From NCBI GenBank assembly GCA_037129555.1, contig JBAXUS010000007.1:5525-69524 (forward strand): a DNA stretch of 64,000 nt, read 5' to 3'. Positions 29,171-38,657 of this stretch are shown piece after piece. Numbering within the stretch: position 1 is the stretch's first letter; every line of letters starts with the position of its first letter. The notes beneath the pieces are model-generated. The model had not been told where the DNA came from and did no database searches. It saw only the letters and a program-made list of their open reading frames with translations. A program made the position numbers and the translations under genes. Origin of the DNA: Planctomycetota bacterium (GTDB lineage Bacteria > Planctomycetota > SZUA-567 > H5-PLA8).

Positions 29171-30037
29171 TTAACGACGCCCCGACAACCGTGTGTTCAT
29201 AATCGTTTTAACGGCGCGATCTACCGCTCCATGCAGATCGATGGCTTGTAGTTCATCGAAACGCCGAAACGGAAGTTCGTCGTACACCGCCGCCCAATTG
29301 TAAGCCACGCGCATGACCGTTTGCAAATTGACCGCATCGTATAAATTGTAGCGGATCAACGGCACCAACGCATCTGTCCGACCGCGTAAATGAGCGGCCC
29401 ATAATTTGACCGCGTCGTAGCCCGAATAATGCCGGATGTCTATCGGTCGCTCGATCCCGATCTGTGTTTCAATTTTCTTCAGCCCGCCTGTCAATCCGAC
29501 TGCGCGCGTGATCGGGCGCAGGTCCAGATGCGCACCCTTAAAGAACTTTTCGCCAAAGCGCTTTTCGAGATACGGGACATCAAACGATGCACCGTTGAAC
29601 GTGACGAGCACTTTATATTTTGAAAGATACTCCGGGATTTCGTGCAGATTTTTATGCCGTAGAAAAACTTTTGCATCCGTGCCATCCCAGACGGCAACAA
29701 CGGTCGTGCGGTCAGGGCCGTCGCCATCGTTCAGTGGAAGGTCCGGCTTTTTTCCGTCGGTTTCGATGTCCAGATACGCAATGCGTCCGTCATCAAAATC
29801 AGCGGCCATGCGCCAGGATTGTTCACTGCCCAGTCGCTTTTCAAACCAGCATGTGTCGCCTTCTGCGAGCTTCACCCGTGACAGTGTCAACTCCTGCTCC
29901 AGCGGCGGCGGAGGGCCGTCGTCGAAGAGGTCGCGATGCGTCAATACATCATCCCACGAGATCAATCCATCGTGCCAAAAATTTCTTTCACGCGCCTCGC
30001 CGATGCCGGCAAGATGGATGAACGAACGGGTCAACAT
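29171..30037 (-). CDS. RNase H-like (YprB-type) exonuclease-fold protein
   Basis: IAYLDIETDG, VTFNGASFDVPYL, GYDAV. Confidence 0.65.
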   Translation of the reverse strand: MLTRSFIHLAGIGEARERNFWHDGLISWDDVLTHRDLFDDGPPPPLEQELTLSRVKLAEGDTCWFEKRLGSEQSWRMAADFDDGRIAYLDIETDGKKPDLPLNDGDGPDRTTVVAVWDGTDAKVFLRHKNLHEIPEYLSKYKVLVTFNGASFDVPYLEKRFGEKFFKGAHLDLRPITRAVGLTGGLKKIETQIGIERPIDIRHYSGYDAVKLWAAHLRGRTDALVPLIRYNLYDAVNLQTVMRVAYNWAAVYDELPFRRFDELQAIDLHGAVDRAVKTIMNTRLSGRR

Positions 30038-30063
30038 AGTGAACGGCCTGCTTTCTCATGAAC

Positions 30064-30135
30064 GTTTCGAGTGGTGCGATAGATGCACGAAGCACGTATT
30101 GCAACACTCGAAACCCGAAACTCAAAATCCGAAAC
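30064..30135. repeat. GTTTCGAGTG...CACTCGAAAC inverted repeat followed by CGAAAC-type repeats
   Basis: 10-bp arms at 30064-30073 and 30105-30114, then cccgaaactcaaaatccgaaac. Confidence 0.8.
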
Positions 30136-30141
30136 AAGCCG

Positions 30142-31728
30142 TTAATTCACCTGCGTTATAGCGAAATCAATGCGCCTCAAGCACTCGGCTTGACCGAGTA
30201 AATGCAGCGTGTCGTGAATCGGCGGGCTGACCGTGGTCCCGCTCAACGCGACACGGAGTGGCTGCGCAACATCGCCCAACTTCCGTCCCTTCGCCTCCGC
30301 AAAATGCTTGACCGCCGCATCCAACGCATCGCCGGACCATTCTTCTATGCCAGCCAGAACTCCGCGCATCTCGGTCAGCACCGCGAGACCGTCGTTTTTC
30401 TTCAAGACTTTGTCGACGGCCTTCTGATCCAGCTTCGTCGGAGCCTTGAAAAAGAGGGCCACATTTTCAGCCAGTTGCTTGAGCGTCTTGGAGCGCTCCT
30501 GTTCCATCAGCAACACATTCTTCAACCAACTCGGCGAATGATGGGTGAGGTCGTAGCCCTGCTTCTGCAGGGACGGCGCGACGCGTTTCACCAATTCCGC
30601 CGAGTCCAATTTGTGCAAATATTCGCCATTGATCCATTCGAGTTTGGAGCCTTTGAGGCACTCTGAAAGCCACTCGACAATCTGCGCTTCCACTTCCGGA
30701 TCGGTCGTCGCTCCACCCGCAGCGACGGGCGGCGGAGTCTTGCGGTTTAACGTGAATTGTGCCGACGCGCTCTTGATCCGGTCAAACGAGAATTCGCGGA
30801 TGATTTCGTCCATCGGCATGACTTCGTGCTCGTTGCCGGGCGACCAGCCGAGCAGCGCTTCGAAATTGATCATCGCCTCAGGTAACAGTCCGCAGGCCTC
30901 ATACAGCGTGATCGCGACGGGATCGCGGCGCTTGCTGATCTTCTTGCCTTCTTCATTAAAGATCATCGGCAAGTGCGCGAAGACTGGAACCTTCGGTGCG
31001 GTGGGCACGGCCGGATCGTTGAGCTTCGCGAGTGCTTCGTAAATGAAAATCTGGCGGAACGTGTTTTCGACATGGTCATCGCCGCGAATGACGTGGCTGA
31101 TGCGCATGTCAACGTCGTCAATCACGCAGGCAAAATTGTAGACTGGCATACCGTTGCCGCGCATGATCACGAAGTCTTTAGCCGTGACGCCGTCCTCTTC
31201 CAAATACGTTTGCGCGGGTTTGGCGATAGAGCCTTTTACGGCGTCTTCGAAGACCATTTCGGTGCGACCGTTCAAGACGACTTTAAGATACAACGCCGGA
31301 TTCGGATCGGCAGCGGCCTGGGCCTTTTCTTCGTCCCACTTGCCCTGCTTCTTAAGCTTCTCAATCTTCCACTCAGGCAGTCCGCCCGCCGCTTCCTTCT
31401 TCGCCCAATACGCAAGTCCCGCTTTTTCAAGCGCGTCGCCGACGACCTTGTAGCGCTCCATGCGCTGGCTTTGAAAATACGGTGCGCACGGACCGCCGAT
31501 GTCTGGGCCTTCGTCCCAATTCAAGCCGCACCATTTCAGCCCGTCGATGATGATCTGCGTGGCCTCTTCCTTGTTGCGCTGAATGTCAGTGTCCTCAATG
31601 CGCAGAATGAATTTACCGCCGGTCTTGCGGGCGTAGAGCCAGTTGAACAGCGCGGTGCGGACACCGCCGACATGCAGGTAGCCCGTGGGACTGGGCGCAA
31701 ATCGAACTCGAACGGACGAACTGGACAT
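30142..31728 (-). CDS. gltX: Glutamate--tRNA ligase
   Basis: FAPSPTGYLHVGG (HIGH) and KISKR (KMSKS). Confidence 0.95.
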   Translation of the reverse strand: MSSSSVRVRFAPSPTGYLHVGGVRTALFNWLYARKTGGKFILRIEDTDIQRNKEEATQIIIDGLKWCGLNWDEGPDIGGPCAPYFQSQRMERYKVVGDALEKAGLAYWAKKEAAGGLPEWKIEKLKKQGKWDEEKAQAAADPNPALYLKVVLNGRTEMVFEDAVKGSIAKPAQTYLEEDGVTAKDFVIMRGNGMPVYNFACVIDDVDMRISHVIRGDDHVENTFRQIFIYEALAKLNDPAVPTAPKVPVFAHLPMIFNEEGKKISKRRDPVAITLYEACGLLPEAMINFEALLGWSPGNEHEVMPMDEIIREFSFDRIKSASAQFTLNRKTPPPVAAGGATTDPEVEAQIVEWLSECLKGSKLEWINGEYLHKLDSAELVKRVAPSLQKQGYDLTHHSPSWLKNVLLMEQERSKTLKQLAENVALFFKAPTKLDQKAVDKVLKKNDGLAVLTEMRGVLAGIEEWSGDALDAAVKHFAEAKGRKLGDVAQPLRVALSGTTVSPPIHDTLHLLGQAECLRRIDFAITQVN

Positions 31729-31878
31729 TAATAAACTTCCTTTCAGTGAACGGCGATATGAGTTGTTTCCAACGCTCGGCGGGACGACAGTGCGCGAGGT
31801 TATAGCGGGATTGGAACGGCTTCAAAAGGGCCATCAAACTCAATGCGTACTATACCCGTTAAAAACCCGCATGAAAAG

Positions 31879-32835
31879 TCATTTCTCAACCTCGGCGTCG
31901 TCGCGATTTCCATAGTCGCGCCAGCCGCCGACATAGTTGCGGATCGTGTCGTAACCCATTAGCCAAAGCGTGAAATAAAGATGCGCGCTGCGACCTCCTG
32001 CCTGGTCATAAATCGCGATTGGAAAGTCCTTATCGACGTTCGATAGCCGTAAAATTGCGTGGATTTCCGCCGGTGTCCGCCACTCGCGCACCCCGGCGTT
32101 GAGGGTCGTCATCGATTGCCACGGAAGATTCACGGCTCCGGGAATATGTCCGCCGAATTTGCCGCGCACATCGTCGCCCATGTATTCGGCCCGCGCTCGC
32201 GCATCAAGAAGGTTCGCTGTCGGAAGCTGACCGATGACTTTCACGCGCATACGATACTGAGGCAGATCGTCGAATGCACAGGCACCGCGCGGCGTGTCGA
32301 GCGGGACGAATGTTCCGGTGTCGTCCAGCGTCGGCATAGTAATGGAGGTGATGCGCTTTTCTTTCCGCCATTTCGCAAAGCCACCATTGAGAATCGAAAT
32401 GTGGTCATGCCCAAAGGCGTGAAACGTGAACCAGATGCGCGCGGCGAGGCGGCCGTCGTCATCATCATAAACGACAATACGCGTGGTCGGTGTGATGCCA
32501 TCCTGCTTGCTGATCGCCGCAATCGCGCGCGGCGGCGGCATAAAGTACGGAGCCAGATTCGGGTCTTGGAATAAATCAGATTGAATGCTGCGCGCGCCGG
32601 GAATGTGGCTGATGCGAAATGCAGCCGCGTCGCGTCCGTCGATGACGATGGTTCTGACGTTCAATTCGTCGAGCCATTTTTCAAGCTTCGCGCTGTCGAT
32701 CAGTGCGTCGGGCCTGGCGAATTTCTCGGGAGCTGGCGGTTCGTTAAGCGGAGTCAAACGGGGCACTGCCGCTGGGTCGAGGCCGTTCTCACCGGCGAAC
32801 GATGTGATCGTTGCAGCCAGCAAAATCGAGAACAA
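31879..32835 (-). CDS. Tandem rhodanese-homology protein (sulfurtransferase-like, apparently lacking the catalytic Cys); start uncertain
   Basis: Two rhodanese domains (IVVYDDDDGRLAARIW and IAIYDQAGGRSAHLY). TTG 32835 is chosen because the longer ORF (to 33069 or 33123) reads through a hairpin-repeat element and would overlap recG divergently. Confidence 0.6.
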   Translation of the reverse strand: MFSILLAATITSFAGENGLDPAAVPRLTPLNEPPAPEKFARPDALIDSAKLEKWLDELNVRTIVIDGRDAAAFRISHIPGARSIQSDLFQDPNLAPYFMPPPRAIAAISKQDGITPTTRIVVYDDDDGRLAARIWFTFHAFGHDHISILNGGFAKWRKEKRITSITMPTLDDTGTFVPLDTPRGACAFDDLPQYRMRVKVIGQLPTANLLDARARAEYMGDDVRGKFGGHIPGAVNLPWQSMTTLNAGVREWRTPAEIHAILRLSNVDKDFPIAIYDQAGGRSAHLYFTLWLMGYDTIRNYVGGWRDYGNRDDAEVEK

Positions 32836-32885
32836 AACGGCAACTTCGGATATTCGGGATGCATTCCGGGACGTGCGCCGCTGTT

Positions 32886-33023
32886 CCCTCTCTCCCTGGG
32901 GGAGAGGGCCGACGAGCCTGCTGTTCGGCTCGCGGGGTGAGGGGTGGACGCTTAGATTAATCAACGCCTTCCCCTCACCCCGCGCAGGAGTACCTGCGTC
33001 GGCCCTCTCCCAATGGGAGAGGG
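32886..33023. repeat. Composite of five consecutive hairpins (REP/MITE-like intergenic element)
   Basis: Stems: ccctctc/gagaggg (32886-32908), cgagcc/ggctcg (32913-32932), ggggtgagggg/cccctcacccc (32934-32981), cgcagg/cctgcg (32983-32998), ccctctccc/gggagaggg (33003-33023). Confidence 0.85.
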
Positions 33024-33116
33024 GAATAGCCGCTGTAACTCGGGCAATGAGCCGATCCGCTATTTGCATTTGAAATACACGCCTCCAAGCGCGTAAACTA
33101 ATTCCAGAAATCACAA

Positions 33117-35390
33117 ATGACAAATGACTTTGAAACTTTCTCTCCAGGCACCGGCTTGAACGAACTGCTCGGGCGCCCGCTGCAATTCTTCAAGGGCGTC
33201 GGCCCGGTCAAGGCCTCGCTGCTGGCGCGCTTGAATCTACAGACGATTCAAGACCTCATTTTTCATTTTCCAACGAGCCACAAAGACCGCGCGAGCGTCA
33301 CACCCATTGAGCATCTCAAAGTTGGAAAAGACGCGAACGTCGTGGCGCAGATCATCGATCTGACTGCGAAGCGGTTCAACGGCAAGGAACAGATCACCGC
33401 GTATTTAATGGACGCGGCGGGCGATCAGATTCAAGCGGTGTGGTGGAACCCGTGGGTCGCGGACAAATTGACGCCGAATCATTGGGCTTTTTTTTGTGGC
33501 AAGATTTCAACTTTCGGCGCGCGCAAGCAAATCTCGAACGCTGAATTCGAAGTCTTTGACGACGGCGAATTTGACGCATCGTCGGGAGCCATGGCGACAG
33601 GGCCGAGTTTCGGACGGATTGTTCCCGTCTATAACCTCCGTCCAAAAAATCGGCTCCCCGATGGTCAGGAGCCGCCCGAGATTCGCATCAATCAAAATTC
33701 GTTGCGCAAAATTGTGTGGGACACGTTGGAGCTTGGCGCACCGCAACAATTGTGCGATCAAATTCCCGAATCCGTGCGCGTCGAAAACAAATTGATGCCA
33801 CTTGCCGACGCAGTGCGCCAATTTCATTTTCCGAATTCGATGGACGACTTAAAGGAGGCGCGCCGCCGTCTGGTGTTCGAAGAATTATTCATCGTCTCGA
33901 CGGGCGTCGCCTTGCGTCGCGCTCAAGTTGAACGCGCTGCCGTCTCGACGCGCCTATCGCTCCTCCCGGCGATTCTAAAGCGCATCGAAGCGCGGTTACC
34001 ATTTACCCTGACCGAATCACAATCAAAAGCGTTCAACCAAATCGCGACCGACATGGGCCGCACGACACCGATGAATCGCCTGTTGCAGGGCGATGTCGGC
34101 AGCGGCAAAACGGCTGTTGCAGTCGCCGCGTTATTGCTGTGCGTCGCGCACGGACATCAAGCGGTGTTGCTCGCTCCGACAGAAGCATTGGCGACGCAGC
34201 ATCATCGAACGCTCTCAAAATTACTCCAGAATTCACGCGTCGAAATTGGCTTGTTGCGTGGTGGAATCGCACCCTCCGCGCGCGCGGAATTTCTTGACAA
34301 ACTTCGTGCCGGAACGTTGCACATCGCCATTGGAACACACGCACTGCTTGAGCCGGGCGTGATCTTCAAATCGCTCGCGTTGGCCGTCGTGGACGAACAG
34401 CACAAATTCGGTGTAGCACAACGCATGGCGCTCCGCGCAAAAGGCTGCGCCCCGCACGTGCTGGTCATGACCGCAACGCCCATTCCGCGCACCGTGACGC
34501 TGACTCTGTACGGGGATCTCGACATTTCCATCCTCGATCAATCCCCGCCCGGACGCGGTGAAATCGTGACGCGTTGGCTCGACGAATCGGACCGACCGCG
34601 AGCCTATAAATACATTTTGGACGAAGCGAAAAAAGGTCATTCGACCTACATCGTCCTGCCGCGCATCATCGGAGAAACAACTGAAGATTCGGAACCCGAT
34701 CCTTTCAGCGACGCGAATTATTCCGAGACGCCGAAGAAGCGCAAACCGAAAATTCCGAAGCCCGGCCAGGCGAAATTGTGGACCGATGTCAAAGGCGCGG
34801 AAGAAGAATTCGAGCGCATCAAAGAACAGTTGCCGACGCTGAAAGTCGAGTTGCTTCACGGTCGCTTGCCGTCGGCAGAAAAGCAGCGCGTCCTCGCAGC
34901 GCTCGCGGATGGAAAGATCGACGTGCTAGTCAGCACGCAGGTAATTGAAGTCGGGATCGATTTAGCAACAGCGACGGTTATGGTCATCGAAAACGCTGAA
35001 CGCTTCGGACTCTCCGCGTTGCATCAATTGCGCGGACGCGTGGGCCGAAGCGAACGCAAATCATTCTGCGTATTCTTCAGCGATACGATGACGGAAGAAG
35101 GTGAAGCGCGGTTAAAAGCATTCGAAAAAACGCGCGACGGTTTCGAACTCGCCGAGACTGATTTCAAATTGCGCGGACCGGGGCAGTTCTTTGGAACGCG
35201 GCAGAGTGGCATGCCGGAATTAAAAGTTGCGGACCTGTTGCTCGACACCTCGATTCTCGCAGAAGCTCGTGACGCGGCGTTCAAAATTGTCCGGGCTGAC
35301 ACGCGACTTTTGCTGCCCGAACATTCGCACCTTAAAAAGCGCGTGATCGAAGTCCTCGGCTCGCGCCTGGGTTTGATTGATGTGGGGTAG
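33117..35390 (+). CDS. recG: ATP-dependent DNA helicase RecG
   Basis: Wedge domain, LLQGDVGSGKT (Walker A), VVDEQHKFG (DEQH), TATPIPRT, HQLRGRVGR. Confidence 0.93.
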   Translation: MTNDFETFSPGTGLNELLGRPLQFFKGVGPVKASLLARLNLQTIQDLIFHFPTSHKDRASVTPIEHLKVGKDANVVAQIIDLTAKRFNGKEQITAYLMDAAGDQIQAVWWNPWVADKLTPNHWAFFCGKISTFGARKQISNAEFEVFDDGEFDASSGAMATGPSFGRIVPVYNLRPKNRLPDGQEPPEIRINQNSLRKIVWDTLELGAPQQLCDQIPESVRVENKLMPLADAVRQFHFPNSMDDLKEARRRLVFEELFIVSTGVALRRAQVERAAVSTRLSLLPAILKRIEARLPFTLTESQSKAFNQIATDMGRTTPMNRLLQGDVGSGKTAVAVAALLLCVAHGHQAVLLAPTEALATQHHRTLSKLLQNSRVEIGLLRGGIAPSARAEFLDKLRAGTLHIAIGTHALLEPGVIFKSLALAVVDEQHKFGVAQRMALRAKGCAPHVLVMTATPIPRTVTLTLYGDLDISILDQSPPGRGEIVTRWLDESDRPRAYKYILDEAKKGHSTYIVLPRIIGETTEDSEPDPFSDANYSETPKKRKPKIPKPGQAKLWTDVKGAEEEFERIKEQLPTLKVELLHGRLPSAEKQRVLAALADGKIDVLVSTQVIEVGIDLATATVMVIENAERFGLSALHQLRGRVGRSERKSFCVFFSDTMTEEGEARLKAFEKTRDGFELAETDFKLRGPGQFFGTRQSGMPELKVADLLLDTSILAEARDAAFKIVRADTRLLLPEHSHLKKRVIEVLGSRLGLIDVG

Positions 35391-35393
35391 CCT

Positions 35394-36077
35394 TCAGCCA
35401 CATCCACACGTTCCGCCGGGCGCACAACCCGCGCTGGCCGTACCCACGCTGTTTGAGTGCCAAACACCCATGCCGCGAAATTCTTCGGGAATTCGTTCTT
35501 CAGGAAATTCAGGCGCGAAGACACCGCAGAATCGAACGTGATGAGCGCTCGGTAATTCCTTCCAATACAGCGCTTGCCACGGACTGACGACGTCCCATTT
35601 GAACGATGGTAGATGCGGAACGATGCCGCGAAAATGGACGCTGGACATGAACTTATCGAGATACGCTTTATCCACGCAAAAGAATTCGCCGACGCGTTCG
35701 CGAGCTATGCTATCGAATTCTCCGTCCTCATCGCTGTCGCCAAAAACGCCGTCCACAAACCGGTTCCAATCCGGCTGCGCTACGTCTGCCCACACCGCGC
35801 CACCCGTTTCGGTCAAGCCATAATCCGCATCGAATTCGCTGTCGAGCGCGGCGCTGATTTCGTCGGATGTCGGCGAGAATTCACCGCGATCCTCATTCGT
35901 TGCGTTGATCAATTTAAGTTCGACAAGCCGGTTCAATGTGGCAAGAAGCGTGTCGCGATCCATGCCGTGAGCCGGGCGGTCGAAGATGGCTTCGACATTC
36001 TCCATCACCAACATGCCGATGGAATGGCGCTGTTCAATCGCACTGTCGAGCAACCACATTTCGTTGGGAGTCATCAC
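35394..36077 (-). CDS. Hypothetical acidic protein
   Basis: 227-aa ORF, GTG-ATG start, no recognisable motif. It has a Gly/Ala/Cys-rich tail (GTASAGCAPGGTCGCG). Confidence 0.4.
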   Translation of the reverse strand: MMTPNEMWLLDSAIEQRHSIGMLVMENVEAIFDRPAHGMDRDTLLATLNRLVELKLINATNEDRGEFSPTSDEISAALDSEFDADYGLTETGGAVWADVAQPDWNRFVDGVFGDSDEDGEFDSIARERVGEFFCVDKAYLDKFMSSVHFRGIVPHLPSFKWDVVSPWQALYWKELPSAHHVRFCGVFAPEFPEERIPEEFRGMGVWHSNSVGTASAGCAPGGTCGCG

Positions 36078-36098
36078 TCATTCCTGACACTTTAAAGT

Positions 36099-36121
36099 AG
36101 AGCCGAAATATTTTCGGCTCT
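36099..36121 (-). terminator. AGAGCCGAAA / TTTCGGCTCT hairpin after the FAH-family gene (possible terminator or processing site)
   Basis: 10-bp stem with a 3-nt loop, 19 nt past the stop at 36140. Weak U-tract. The stem sequence matches the hairpin at 42092-42112. Confidence 0.45.
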
Positions 36122-36139
36122 TGATCGTCGCTACGAATT

Positions 36140-37099
36140 CTACTCCACACCATTCACTAACGTCCCAATCGGCCCAATGGTGATGCTGATTTCATCGCGG
36201 CTTTGCAGCGTGAATTCGTTCGGCGGAACAATGCCGGTGCCGGTCATCAGGAAGCATCCGTTCGGAAAACTGTTGTCGCGGAAGAGGAAGCCGACGAGTT
36301 CTTCGAAGCCGCGTTTGATGCTTGCGACGGTGATTGCGCCTTTGAATGCGGACGCGCCGTTGCGTTTGATTTCGAGCAAGATTTCGGTGTCCTTCGTCAG
36401 TTTAAAATCCGGCGTGTCGGCGAGCAAAATACACGGGCCGAGGCCGCAGCATTTGTCGTACACTTTGGCCTGGGGCAAATACAGCGGGTTCTCGCCTTCG
36501 ATGTCGCGCGAACTCATGTCATTGCCGATCGTGTAGCCGAATATTTTTCCGTGCGAGGTGATCGCGAGCGTCAATTCAGGTTCCGGGACATTCCATTTTC
36601 CATCGGAGCGAATGCGGACATTCTGGCCGGTGCCGACGACGCGATGCGGCGTGGCCTTGAAGAACAGCTCCGGGCGCTCAGCGGAATACACGCGGTCGTA
36701 AAAACTCCCGCCGCCAGCTACCTGCGATTCTTCCATGCGCGCTTCACGGCTGCGGAAATACGTCACGCCTGCCGCCCACACTTCCTGGCGGTCAATGGGC
36801 GGAAGCAGTTCTTCATTCGGCAGGCCGGGGAGGCGGTCTTCGGATTTCAACACCGAGCGCAATTTCGCGACGGGGTCTTTCTCCGTAAATAGCGTATGCC
36901 ACAACCACGCGTCCATGCGGTAAAAATCGCCCGCGTCTTCACACACAAGGCCATTGCGATAATTGTAAATCTTCACGGACATCTCCAAGTAAAAATGCTT
37001 CGAATACGCGCGCTCGAAATTCAAAACCGCGCGTCCATCGTTGTGTTCTGTAATGAAAATAAGATGAGGTAATTTATCCGCTGGAGTCCTTTCGGGCAA
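36140..37099 (-). CDS. Fumarylacetoacetate hydrolase-family protein (KdaD-like)
   Basis: [13 protein letters not shown]...[21 protein letters not shown]...[25 protein letters not shown] fits the FAH fold. Confidence 0.7.
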   Translation of the reverse strand: MPERTPADKLPHLIFITEHNDGRAVLNFERAYSKHFYLEMSVKIYNYRNGLVCEDAGDFYRMDAWLWHTLFTEKDPVAKLRSVLKSEDRLPGLPNEELLPPIDRQEVWAAGVTYFRSREARMEESQVAGGGSFYDRVYSAERPELFFKATPHRVVGTGQNVRIRSDGKWNVPEPELTLAITSHGKIFGYTIGNDMSSRDIEGENPLYLPQAKVYDKCCGLGPCILLADTPDFKLTKDTEILLEIKRNGASAFKGAITVASIKRGFEELVGFLFRDNSFPNGCFLMTGTGIVPPNEFTLQSRDEISITIGPIGTLVNGVE

Positions 37100-38396
37100 T
37101 CACAAACGCGTTCACCAGAAGTCCTGTTCCGGCGATCAGCAACGCGGCGACCGTTACGAATTGCAACGCTCCTCCCGGCGAACCGCCGTCGAATGTTGAA
37201 GTGGTTGCGAGAGGATTCATGTACCACGTGTAGAACCAAACGCCGCTGCCTTTGCCCTCGGGAGCAGAAAAGAGGGGTTGAAAAATGGTGTCGCCGACGA
37301 ATTGCAATGCGTTCGAAACAAGCGCGACGATCATAAAGTAAACAACTCCCCGGCCCGGAAAATGGGTGTCGAGCGCGGTGAGAACGAACGGCAATCCCAG
37401 CGCGGCCAGCGCACTCATCGGATACAGATAACGAATCGGGAACATGTTGAGCTGATAGAAGCACAACCAAAAAAGCATCTGCGCACACACGCCCGCAAGC
37501 ATCGCTGCCGCAATGAAGCGATTGAGTCGTGATGTCCTCCAAAGTCGAACACATCCGAACACAAGCGCCGGGAGAAACCACAGCGTCCGAGCAAACATGG
37601 CCGCCACGTGATGCAAATTCCCGACGATGTATCGCGGCGAAATGTTGGCGCTCACGTCGTTATGATAGCCCGTTGGAACAAGGCTGTGGTAGCGCGAGAC
37701 ATTCACCAAAACAAGAGCGAGGGCGGCGAGCGCAGGCGCGGATCCGAACATAATCGCGTTCCGAAAACGAAGACTTAAAGGAGCAGCGTTGAACATAATG
37801 TCCCCGACTAAAACGAACCACACGCACGCGACCAGTGGGGCGTGTGGATAGTGACACGCCCCGGCGATCGCGAGACCCGCGCCGGACAGCACGAGCCACT
37901 TGGGTTCGGATAAGTGCTGCGACCCTTTCAGAAAACTCCAGAACGCAAGCATGACGCCGAACACGATCCCTGCATCTGCGTAAAAAAATCGCGCGTAAGT
38001 CAAATGGGTGCTCCCGAGGCAAAATACGAGCGACGAGCAGTATGCGATGCGCCGGGAAAAATTCAGCATCGACACAATGTCGAAGAGCAAAACGCCCGCG
38101 AGTGCCGAGAGCACCGGGACGATGAGCGCTGAGACCGCCCGGCGGCTGATCGCTCCCGACGTCACGCGCTCAACAATTTCGCCGAGCCAGACAAACGGTC
38201 CCGACAGAAACGGCAATCCCAGCGAATACCGGTTGTACTGCGGCGGCGCTCCAGGTTCGCCGGGCAAACGCAAGTCGGCCTTGATCCACATGCGCTCGGC
38301 GTCGTCGAGATATTCTCGCAAATCAAGATAGCCCCCGTTGCCTTTCCAGAAGGCGAGGAACATCAGAAGTAGACCGAAGAAGATGCGGACGCGCAC
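37074..38396 (-). CDS. Polytopic membrane protein (possible GT-C-type glycosyltransferase)
   Basis: At least 10 hydrophobic segments and an early acidic loop [15 protein letters not shown]. The functional guess is weak. Confidence 0.5.
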   Translation of the reverse strand: MRVRIFFGLLLMFLAFWKGNGGYLDLREYLDDAERMWIKADLRLPGEPGAPPQYNRYSLGLPFLSGPFVWLGEIVERVTSGAISRRAVSALIVPVLSALAGVLLFDIVSMLNFSRRIAYCSSLVFCLGSTHLTYARFFYADAGIVFGVMLAFWSFLKGSQHLSEPKWLVLSGAGLAIAGACHYPHAPLVACVWFVLVGDIMFNAAPLSLRFRNAIMFGSAPALAALALVLVNVSRYHSLVPTGYHNDVSANISPRYIVGNLHHVAAMFARTLWFLPALVFGCVRLWRTSRLNRFIAAAMLAGVCAQMLFWLCFYQLNMFPIRYLYPMSALAALGLPFVLTALDTHFPGRGVVYFMIVALVSNALQFVGDTIFQPLFSAPEGKGSGVWFYTWYMNPLATTSTFDGGSPGGALQFVTVAALLIAGTGLLVNAFVIARKDSSG

Positions 38397-38413
38397 GGGG
38401 CTCCTGTAACAAT

Positions 38414-38440
38414 GGTTTCAGTTTTGAAGTTTCGAGTCTC
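38414..38440. repeat. GGTTTC-type degenerate repeat (single arm)
   Basis: ggtttcagttttgaagtttcgagtctc, immediately upstream of the membrane-protein start. Confidence 0.6.
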
Positions 38441-38657
38441 TCTTTTTGTCGAGCGAAATGCAAGCGCGGTTCGCGCGCTGAATCATCTTCAGTTCAATCG
38501 CCAAAAATCCGAAACCAACTGGGCGGAAAAGAAATATTTTCGACTAATTCTTTGAAAATCACACGCGCTTTGCGGCGTCTTTATTCTGCGTTAATGAAAA
38601 TCGACGATACTAGTTCATATCAAGGCAAAACGAGTAGTGGGGGCTACGGAGCGTTCA

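Noticed and set aside
32836-33123. An N-terminal 96-codon extension of the rhodanese ORF.
   Set aside because: It translates a five-hairpin repeat and overlaps the divergent recG start. It remains possible that a gene caller or the cell uses ATG 33069.
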